NCBI GenBank assembly: GCA_030390025.1
Contig: CM059425.1
Location: 173,230,001 to 173,294,000, forward strand
DNA length: 64,000 nt
Direction of reading: 5' to 3'
Source: Squalus acanthias
Lineage: Eukaryota
Shown here: one piece after another, positions 51,214 to 61,404 of the stretch
Position numbering within the stretch: the first letter of the stretch is position 1
Layout: the number at the start of each line of letters is the position of its first letter
The notes under the pieces: generated by a model
Seen by the model: the letters and a program-made list of their open reading frames with translations, nothing else
What the model was told of the DNA's origin: nothing
The model's database searches: none
Program-made: the position numbers and the translations under genes

Positions 51214-52620
51214 GGGGGCGATTTTCCCACTGGAGGCAAGATGGAGGCGGGTTTCAGTTTGGGTGGGTTTGAAACCCGCCTCCACTGACAGGTTTCAAAA
51301 ATTTGCGATTTTCCCATGATTGGCCACTTGATTTCAGAGGTGTGGGATGCCCTTGGTCAATTAGTGTTTTGGGACTGAAAGTCGCCTCTGCTGACATCAC
51401 TTTTCCAGTCTGATTTTATGGCTTCTTGCTCCCTTGGCTCATTCCACAGCATTGCTGCCTATGCTGCACCATCTCCAACATCTTTTGAAAAACCACTATG
51501 TCCAATTCCAAGGCAAGGGCCTACCTGAGGCTCTCGGATGAGGCGCTGCAAATGTTGTTGGAGAGGGTGACAGCTAGCATGGAGGTGCTCTTCCACTCAT
51601 CTTGGAGGAAGAGGCCTGCCAAAGAAACCAAGGCTGTGTGGATACAGCTGGCAAGGGATATAACCTCCAGATCTGTGTGCAGATTGGGAGACTGTTTCTG
51701 TGTATTGATGAAATGCCATCCCTGTCGGAAAGCATTAAAATTATTTGAAGCCAAAATGTTGGCGTTATGCCATCTGTTCTTTCGCCTTAGGCAGCTCCAC
51801 ATTGCGGGCAACACCACACTTGCATTGTCAGGTTGGTGGCCTGAGTGAAAGGAGGCCAGAGAGTCATGTCCATTGTCAATGATGTCCTAGGATGGAGCAA
51901 AGGACATGTGCCAGCTTGGGCAACCTATGCAAATTTGGCCATGATAAGTTCATCCCTTGCATCCCGGGCTCTGACCTCCTCCTCCTCCTCCTCCTCCAGA
52001 TCCTCCTCCTCCTCCTCCAGATCCTCCTCCTCCTCCTCCTCCTCATCCTCATCTGAGGTCCATGCAGAAAGAAAACGAATGGTTCCCATTCTGCTTGTAG
52101 ATGCCTCCTTTGGGGAAGCGCTCATTGCGAGTGGGGAGAGGGTCTTCCAAGGAGGTCCCACAGTTGATGGAGTCAAGCTGCAGCACCTCCGACTTTGGAA
52201 GGCCTTCTAAAAGTGCTCAGAGACCTTTTAAAGCCAAGGTCTGGCACCTGCAAGTAATCCTTGCTGCAATAAACGATGTCTTGTTAGACCTGCAGCAGTG
52301 AGGAGGCCACTCACGAGTCAACCCGCCAGGTTTACCTGGCATGGTTTAGGAGGTGCATGGATCACACCGAAAAGCTGGAAAAATCACGAGGGCCTCTCAA
52401 AAAATAGGCTTAGAGAAGCCCTTCACGAGCATTTAAGGATGTTAAATAGCACAATGGCCAGCTGGAGGCGGAAGCGTTTCCCGACCTCCAAAACCGGCAC
52501 TGGCAAAATCCCACGGAGGCAGGTTGGAGGCGGGTTCCGAAACCCGACCTCTTTGAATCTGATTTTCCCGCCTTTCCCGCCTCCAAACCTGCCTCCTCCT
52601 GCAGCTGCCGGCGCGCAGTG
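51214..52620. mobile_element. Internally deleted Harbinger (Myb exon on +, transposase acidic tail on -)
   Basis: Left terminus taa|gggggcgatttt; RLSDEALQMLLERV...RKRPAKETKAVWIQLARDITSRS at 51498-51680; poly-E plus ARDARDELIMAKF at 51925-52060. Right end unresolved; a further TIR-like end aatttctgcccc lies at 53058-53069. Confidence 0.7.
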
Positions 52621-54560
52621 CTTGTGTATCCCAGGGGCGTAGTTAGTGCGATGCGTCCCCTGGGATCACGTGGGCCATGGAGAGCCAATGGCAGCAGACC
52701 ATCTTTCATTCATAGATTTGACAGGGCTAAAACTAAACTTACCTTTCTTTAAAGTAATTAAAAAAGATAAATCTGTGAAAAAAATGTTTAAATTTTAATA
52801 AAATCAACACTTACCTTGTTAAAAGAAGGCCTTGCGCATCCTTTTTAATAGTGTATCTTCTCCGTGCTTACCCTCACGGAGGAACCTGTAAAAAAAATCC
52901 GAAGTGCGAGGCGAACGTGCTGGCCCTCCGGCGTGCGCGTTCGACCTCTGAACCCCTTTCCTCAGGTTTCCCGCGCATGCGCAGTGCATGCAAGAAACTG
53001 GCACTTTCGTTCCGTCCACAGGTGAGTACACAGCGCGTACTCACCCGACAACAGACGAATTTCTGCCCCATTAAGTTTTCTTGCTTGGTGTATACATTTC
53101 CAACCTGGGGAAATCATGAATATTAAGTTACATTAGTTAACCCAACAGAACACTGAGGTCTCTCTACCCTACATTATCCATCAATGTTAGCTATGTTTGA
53201 AACAGTACCTACTTGCTTTGCCATGCAAACAATACAGTAAATTACAAAATTAGAATAATGCTTCATATTAATCTTTTACCTAACTAATATATATAATATT
53301 GTAATTACTATAACAATTTATCCTAGCAACTGTCCCACTCTCTGGGTCTGGGATTGGATTCTACTCTACTACATCCATTCTTTACCCTCTTCCAATATTT
53401 CTTGGAGATTCTGCATAACAACTTGAACAATACATAGTAGAGGGAATGGACTGCAACTCCTCATAGTTCATTGTGTGTTGCACAGCATGTTTTCTAGGAT
53501 TTCAGCCACGATTTTACTCTTTGCTTGGATAGCCTGTGCAAATCTGGCTGGGTGGGCTTTGCTCCTTTCGACTGCTCCACTGTTAACCCTGGCGAATTTC
53601 TTGGGGTCGGTGTTAAGCTAATTTTTTTGGTGGACTCCCAGTGGTGTTTGTGCCTGTGCCAGATAGCCAGCTATGGGGTGGAGCAGATCCAACTCAACCC
53701 TATGGGGCTCCAAGGCAGTCATGTGCTATGAGCCCGAGCACTACAAAAATATTTAAATGAGCTGTTCTCACATTAAGGTGTAAGGTCAGCTATGTGGGGA
53801 GCAGACACACACAATGTCTGAAGAACAGTGGCCCCAGTGTGTCACTATGAGCAATGCCACAAGAGATCTGCTTGTAATACAAATTGAGGTAATTTACACT
53901 GAACGTATTGCTTATTTTTGTGCTTGCACCAGTAAGTGAGGAGAATGGAGCCCTAGATATTAGTTTTAAAAATATTAGTTTTTCTTTCATGATCACCATT
54001 AATTGGAATACACAAAGTACAAATATTTTTCATATTCAATAGTTTTTCTTTTAAGTTCAGGTAAGCAAAACATCCCTGAAAAATCTTTATTCTTTCTGCT
54101 TCAATTAATTTCTGTCATCACTTGCTTGTTGCTGCTTGTCCTCTTCCTTTCTAACACTCCCTCTAGCTCTAGATTTGACTTCTTATTGAGGGATCTAATG
54201 CCACCTCACAATAAAGCTCATAGGATACCTTCTCATAGCACGGTCAGAGTCGACTTTATCCCTTTCTTAGAAAGCAGGCTTATCCCTCTTATCTTAATTA
54301 GTTACTAAGGGATATCATTGGTATATGTGATGCAATTTAATCACTGGAGCTGTGAAATGACTATTACTGACTTGTATTTTACTTTCGATTTAATTTAATG
54401 CCTTAACTAGCTGAGCCATTGGAAACCTAATACCTATTTATGATGGTAATAAATCTGGTTAAATATTTTTAGACCTACTTGAATTCCAGAAGGAAACACC
54501 AGGCTGCTTTTTCAATCTCTTATATATATTTTAAGTTTTCCTTGAGGTATCTGGTCTATT

Positions 54561-55710
54561 GAACATAAGAACATAAGAAATAGGAGCAGGAGTAGGCCAT
54601 TCGGCCTTCAAGCCTGATTCACCATCCAATAAGATCACGGTTGATCATCTACCTCAACTCCCCATCCCACACTATCCCCATATCCCTTGCTTCCCTTAGT
54701 ATCCAAAAATCTAATGATCTCTGTCTTCAATATATTGAACGACAGAGCATCCACAGCTCTCTGGGGTAGAGAATTCCAAAGATTCACAACCCTTTGAGTG
54801 AAGAAATGTCTCCTTATCTCAGTCCTAAATGGCTGTCCCCTTATTCTGAGACTGTGACCCCTGGTTCTAGACTCACCAGCCAGGGGAAATATCTTCCCAG
54901 CATCTACCCTGTCAAACTCCTTAAGAATTTTATATGTTTCAATGAGATCACCTCTCATTCTTCTAAAATCTAGGGAATATAGACATACTCTACTCAATCT
55001 CTCCTCATAGGACAATTACCCCATCCCAGGAATCAGTCTGGTGAACCTTCGTTGCACTCCCTCTATGGCAAGTATAACCTTCCTTAGGTAAGGAGACCAA
55101 AACTGTACACAATACTCCAGGTGTGGCCTCACCAAAGCCCTATATAATTGCACTAAGACTTCTTTACTCTTATACTCCAATCCTTTTATAATAAAGGCCA
55201 ACATACCATTTGCTTTCCTATTTGCTTGCTGTACCGGCATGTTAACTTTCTGTGATTCATGTACAAGGACATCTACCAGGTCCCTCTGAATACCAACATT
55301 TCCCAATCTCTCACCATTTAAAAAATATTCTGCTTTTCTATTTTCCTACCAAAGTGGATAACTTCACATTTCTCCACATTATATTCCATCTGCCATGTTC
55401 TTGCCCACTCATTTAACCTGTCTATATCCCTTTGCAGCCTCTTTGCCTCCTCCTCACAACTTACTTTCCCACCTAGCTTTGTAACGTCAGCACACTTAGA
55501 TAAATTACACTCGGTCCCCTCATCTAAGTTGTCGATATAGATTGTAAATGAGAAGTCGCACAACACCAGGTTATAGTCCAACAGATTTATTTAATTTTAC
55601 AAGAATTTTATTTAATTCTCCACATCATGACATAGATTGTAAATAGCTGAGGCCCAAGAACTGATCCTTGCGGTAACCCACTAATTACAGCCTGTCATCC
55701 TGAAAATTAG
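54561..55710 (-). mobile_element. CR1 3' fragment
   Basis: ORFs 54635-55015, 55016-55306 and 55318-55548; gaacataagaacataaga tail. Confidence 0.92.
55550..55631. mobile_element. 82-bp Penelope mini-insertion (inverted pLTR end plus tail)
   Basis: gagaagtcgcacaacaccaggttatagtccaacag matches 14049-14083; ctccacatcatgac is near reverse complement of the tail at 14004-14017; 13-bp TSD atagattgtaaat at 55537-55549 and 55632-55644. Confidence 0.82.
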
Positions 55711-55902
55711 CTGGTTATTCATGCGCTATTGCCACGCCAGTAGCAATTCCTGTAATCTTATTATGTTGTTGAGTGAGCAGCTTGTGTGTCATTCATGTGC
55801 CCTTATTATTGATTGCATATTTATTTAATTTGTTGTGGGTTTTTAAAAAAAGAATTTTATGTTGATTTTATTGAATTATTTTAAAATTAAGATAAAACAT
55901 AC

Positions 55903-56035
55903 AATAGCAAAATACTGCGGATGCTGGAAATCCGAAATAACAACAGAAAACACTGGAAAAACTCAGCAGGCCAGGCAGCATCCGTGGAGAGAGAAACAGA
56001 GTTAACGTTTCAGGTCAAAGACCTTTCATCAGAAC
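55903..56035 (-). mobile_element. Penelope 3' end including a complete hammerhead motif (56001-56035)
   Basis: Minus strand gtt-CTGATGA-a-aggtc(ttt)gacct-GAAA-cg-TT-aac; flanking repeat ataaaacatac at 55892-55902 and 56045-56055. Confidence 0.85.
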
Positions 56036-56962
56036 ATACCTTAAATAAAACATACCTTCATTCGTTCTGAGGTTAGTGTATTGTTAGTCATTTTGTAATA
56101 TCAGGAAAAAATTCTATAGTTTTGCACATACCAACCCACCTGGTTAGGCATGATCTGGAATAATGAATGGAAGAATAGTTGGCTCCCACTTTACCACCAG
56201 TCTGAAATTGAGAAAGGTTATCGGAGGGTTGATATGCACAGCTGCAATCTGCTCAGCATGCCACATTTAAAATGACAGACCCAATAGAGTAGTGGGAGTG
56301 CTATTCCAAATTTAATCAATATGTTATTTAACCTCGTTAATTATCAGATTGTTGACAATAGGATCTCCTTTAAAACCAAAGGTAGATTAACAAAGAGGTA
56401 TACATTTTACTTACAGTTGCATTGCTCCTGAATGTTAAAATTATAAATTGTAAACTCTATTCTCTACCTTAATGGAGGGAACTGCAAAGTGGATAACGTA
56501 AACTGGTGGATGTATGATACAGCAATACCCTAAGTACAGGAATGAAGATAAATGCAATATAAATAACGTAAATTAAATGTAATCTTTTTTGGGCTGTGTG
56601 CTGACTAAGCAGGTGACATTTCCACCCATCTCTCCTGTTTTTCAGAAGAGCAACAAGGTGCTAGGCTTTTTCTGGCAAACATTCTGGTAAATAAAGAAGA
56701 CAGATCATTGGAGCATGAATAATGGAGGTTCCACTATAGTTATTCCTACACACAGTATAATATAATATGTGACCCACACTTCAAAAGTGCTTAATTGGCT
56801 GTAGAGTGCTTTGAGATGTCCTAAGGTTGCAAAAGGCGCTATATAAGCGAAAGTTCTTTCTTTCTTATATACACATTTTTTAAATTTACAAAAATGTTGA
56901 CTTTGGAATTTTTTGGAAAACTATTTGTAAAATGTTCCAGAATTTGTTTATCAAATCGTTAT

Positions 56963-58051
56963 GGCTGGAATTTTGTGCAGGTAGGCGGGTTGGGGGTGGG
57001 GGGCCTCCAAGGCGGGCGAAAACCCGGGAGGCTGGGTTTCCCACAGGCCCTGACGACTTTAATGGCAGGGCCTGATTTGCATGTAAGGCCTCGGATTCCC
57101 GCCTGCAGCCAGCCAGATTGAGAGACTGGCCAGCTGCAGGCAGGTAGGCCTGCAGATGCAGTGAGGGAGCGAGGGGTTGGTCCGGGGGAGGGATCGCTTG
57201 GTGTCAGATAACTGCTAGCTCGGGGATCGGTGGGCGGGGGGGGTGTCGGGGAACGGCTGGCTCGGGGATCGGCGGGGGGAGGGGAACGGCTGGCTCGGGG
57301 ATCGGCGGGGGGAGGGGAACGGCTGGCTCGGGGATCGGCGGGGGGAGGGGAACGGCTGGCTCGGGGATCGGCGGGGGGAGGGGAATGGCTGGCTCGGGGA
57401 TCGGCGGGGGGAGGGGAACGGCTGGCTCGGGGATCGGCGGGGGGAGGGGAACGGCTGGCTCGGGGATCGGCGGGGGAGGGGTGATCGGGATCGACTGACT
57501 CGGTTTTGGATCGGGGAACGGCAGGGGAGGATCAGGGATTGCGGGGTGGCTCGGGGATGGTGGGGGATCGGGGGGGGCGGGGTAAGGGATTGGCAGCAGG
57601 GGAGTGAGGATCGAGGCCGGCCACCAGAGGAATGTGGCCGCCCTCAGCATCATCGGTGGGGTGGGAAGGGAGGCCTCATGGTGGGGTTCGGCGGCCTGGG
57701 GAGGTGATCGGAGGCCTCATGAGGGGGTCTCCGATCATGGGGGTGGTGGGTTAGGTAGGGACCCTGGATCCAGGAGATAGGTATAAAGTCACTTACCTCC
57801 TGGATGCAGCAGTCCCTGCCTTGGTTTAACTGCCGGGTTTCACAAATTGTGTGAAAGCTGTCCATATGCAGTTAAAAACAAAATGGAGGTGAAAAAAGAG
57901 GCTTCCAGCCTCATTACAATATTTAAATTGACGTTCCGCCCCCCTGGGAGCGGGTTGGGGAGACGGGATCAGGTCGGGAATCCCATTTTAAATAATTTAA
58001 CTGCCCCCACGCTCCAAACACAACCTTTTTTTTTAGGGGAAAATTCCAGTC
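56963..58051. mobile_element. Harbinger-type MITE containing a minisatellite
   Basis: Termini ggctggaatttt / aaaattccagtc. Confidence 0.7.
57248..57477. repeat. 33-bp G-rich minisatellite, 7 copies
   Basis: Unit ggggaacggctggctcggggatcggcgggggga; one C>T variant; last unit one G shorter. Confidence 0.95.
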
Positions 58052-58129
58052 TAAATTTGTATAAAAAATTAAAAGTTTTATTTATTCAACAAGCTACTCT
58101 AGAAGGATCAATGTTATCTCATGAAACGC

Positions 58130-59150
58130 AGCATCAATCAGGTATTGCGGTAGTCTCCTAATCTGTCTTCAGAGGATAATATCTCAAGTGTTGTGATGGT
58201 GGATCCTTTTGCTGTGGGCTTTCTGATGGGGTGATTTTTTTTTTTCATCTGGCTCTTCCTCCCCACTTGAAGTAGATGGAAGCTGGCTCCAACTTTTGAG
58301 GAACTAAAAGTAAATTGATTTCCTTGTGACTATTTCCTGTCCCTTTTGCTGAGCAGAAACCGTTGACATTGATCACATGGTATTAAATGGGATTAGATGG
58401 TACTGATAGCTTATCTGCTGGTCACTTGCAAGGCAAATCTAGGGAACTCGTCAATTTTGAATGGTGCAGCTCAAGAACATGCGCTTTAATTGTCAGTCTG
58501 CCCTTTAGCACTACTATAAAAGTATAAGGATTTCGGTACAGTCTCCATCTTTCTATACAGCCTAACACCTTCAATGTTAGATTGTTGAAAATAAACTGTA
58601 GTGGTCTGCAATCAATGGTCATTGTAAACTGTGTTTCATAGAGATATAGATGAAATATGCGCAGGCCCGTACAGTAGCTTATGCCCCACATTCTGTTTAT
58701 GTATAGTGTTGTTCAGCAGGACTGCTAGTTTTCCTAATCAAAAATAAATGTGAATGCCAAACATGTCATGTTCCCATGAAATAAGGTAAACATAACTGTT
58801 GAAAAGTCCTCCCAATAAAGGCCTTTAGGCCTGCTGTAATTTAAATGATGCAGAAATACATTACACTGTCAGCCAATGACACGATCAATATTCCAGTCAC
58901 AACCATTACTGATGTAGAAGTGCCAATTCATTCTCAGACCTCCCCTGCAGTAGGAGCCTCACTGATTGATTTTGTCATTTCTTCCTTTGCTCCTTACCTG
59001 CTCCGCCAGGCCCCCTTCTGCTCTGCTTTGGTGGGATCTTCCAGCGCTACAACTGGCTGTCTTGTAGAAATATCTTAATTGCCTCAGACATTCTTCATAA
59101 TATAATGATGTTATCTCTCCCATGTTGAGATTTGAAAGAAACAAAAATAA
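58130..59150 (-). pseudogene. Decayed Ty3/Gypsy-type LTR retrotransposon internal fragments
   Basis: FHLYLYETQFTMTIDCRPLQFIF...IERWRL (58422-58691) resembles the Gypsy RNase H motif FHLYLYG.F.L.TDH.PL..IF...RIERW; flanking gag-like and integrase-tail-like pieces are weak. Confidence 0.6.
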
Positions 59151-59676
59151 TTTTAATCCTTGAGTACATCATTCTTTTTTATTTTTTATAAACTAGACAA
59201 GAGGGAACAGGGGCAGTAGATTAAAGAAAAACAACTGGGCAGGAATGCAGACTACAGGAGAGCAAAAGTCATAAAAAATTGAGAGGAGAGTCAATTCCAA
59301 CCCCTCGCTGGTACTGACAGGACTCTTTGTGACTCCAATCAACCCCTGGGATGTGACCTAACTCTGCAGTGGTGCAGGTGGAGAGCAGTATAAGGAAAAA
59401 ACTCAGGGAGGAAACATGGATGGTGCCTGGTACATAATTAATTTTGTATCGGCTGTTGAGACTGTCATGGTGTTAGGGACAGGAGTGCCAATATTCTGCT
59501 TAAATTTAGTATGTGTTTAGTTCAAATGTTTAAGTGATTTGTGTGACTGTGTATAGCTGATGGCTCCAGCAGTGTGTTACGTGGAACAATGAGCAATAAC
59601 ATTATCATGCTTTTGCGTTTTGATTCCAAATATAAGTTAAGTTCGATGTCAATGACCACGCTCACTAGCAAACTTT

Positions 59677-59823
59677 GGCTGGGAATTTCCTCAGAGCTGC
59701 TCCTGCTCCGCTGCTATAACTTCTCCGGAAGTGCAGAGGAAATAGACGTAAACAGGGTTTCTGCTGCACTTCCAGTGAAGTTACAGTGGCAGAGCAGAAG
59801 CAGCTCTGAGGAAATTCCTGGCC
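59677..59823. mobile_element. Fully palindromic ~147-bp MITE
   Basis: ggaatttcctcagagctgctcctgctc...taacttc..ggaagtgcag pairs with ctgcacttcc..gaagtta...gagcagaagcagctctgaggaaattcc. Confidence 0.8.
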
Positions 59824-61404
59824 CTTGTGAACCTGAGTGTGTTTTTATCTGCCCACTATCTACATATAAATAAAGTAAGACCGCAGGATTGAAGGAAGAA
59901 CTGTTTTCACTGTATTTTGGCTGTAAAGGAATCATGTACTGCCATGTGATCTTGTCTCCAGTAGGTGGGTGAATATACACTCTAACTGGCCAAGGCACAG
60001 GCTAGAAATCAACAGACAAATTAATTAATTCTAAATAGGTAAACAAACAAAATTATGTGTAAATCTTGTATGTACAGTAGTTACAACCTTTACTATTCTC
60101 CTCAAAGTGACAAAACAAAATGTCTCCAATGCTACATTTAAGACAGACTGCCTCTAGGCACTAATTTAGTAGTATAATGTAATAACAGATAGTGAACTGA
60201 GAAATAATGATTTGTATCTATCTGCTTTTATTGCAATACATATTGTGTAACAGTTTGATAGAATAAACTTCCCCTTTTTGAACTGTCTTCCTGGGCAGTA
60301 AAAACGAAAAAAAATCTAGCTACAGTAATTTATATAAAAACCTTTGCAGCAATCCTAATTAAACAGGAGTGGGCGGCTAGGCATTAAAATCAGCCAGGTG
60401 ACTTATCTGCTGATGACCCACCTGGATCTCACCAAGAGGATCAGAAGCAGAAGGTGCCATTCACAGTAAGCTTTTTACTTGCATTTGTGAGGCCAGGAGG
60501 AGTAGGACTGCTTCTCCAGGCCCACAAGGAAAGTTTAGGCCATCACTGGCCCAGACTGCCTTCCCCCTCCCACCCCCTTACCTACCGCGAGATCCTCGCT
60601 CCCCCCAGAATCCTGGTCCCAACACTTACCTGAATACCAACAGGTGCCCAAGGGCCATCCAAATTTCTTGTCCACTTCCTGCCTATTCTGGGTGGGAAGT
60701 CGGCCAGCAGCATGCTAATGAGGCTTGGCAGTTAAAATCACCATGGCCTCATTCTGTGGGGGTTAGAGGGGTGGAAATTTAAATGAAACCAGTGGGTTCC
60801 TGCTGGAAACCCGCTGGCAGGTCAAATTACCCCCCATAGAAGATTTGTGATGTTTCCCCAACACTTTGCCATACACAATATTACTTGCTGTAATATATAA
60901 ATATTACAGTAGTACTGGAAGCCACTTATCTCTGCATTATGTGTGCCTTTTCTCAACTGCTTTCTATGCACCATGCAGTCTTAGCGACTTTGTCCTAATG
61001 GTAAAGTTGTAAGGGCAAAAATTGAGTGGTTTTGCTGTCAGTGCAGAACTTCTCTAGGCACGAGTATGCAGTATAGAATCGGGCCAACAATATTAGTGCC
61101 CTATTTCTAACTTTGTTTACGTCCAGCAAAGCAGCATGCCATAGTGGAGCCTAGCAATTTCCACCTTGTAGTATAAATCTGGAATCAGAGCTTAACCTGA
61201 CTCTGGAGGCAAACAGATTGAGATTCCCTGGAGGAAGGTAATCTCACAGCACTTCTATTAGACACTTCATGGAATAGAAATCCATTGTGATGTCAAAACA
61301 GATGTAAAAAAATCCCAGCAAAGTCCCTTGGAGTTAATTTAAATGTTTACAGAATGCAGATGCTGCCACTCACAATGAATATACATTCCCTTAAGGAATA
61401 TAAA

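Noticed and set aside
56646..56686. Plus-strand 41-nt exon candidate, and a donor-like cag|gtaagc at 54058-54066
   Set aside because: Isolated splice-like motifs with no consistent gene model; expected by chance in 64 kb.
57248..57477. CRISPR-like array
   Set aside because: Head-to-tail units without unique spacers, no cas genes, eukaryotic context; the same applies to 49265-49610.
57204..57707. Proline-rich or Gly/Arg repeat proteins
   Set aside because: Open frames arise from a stop-free 33-bp minisatellite within a MITE.
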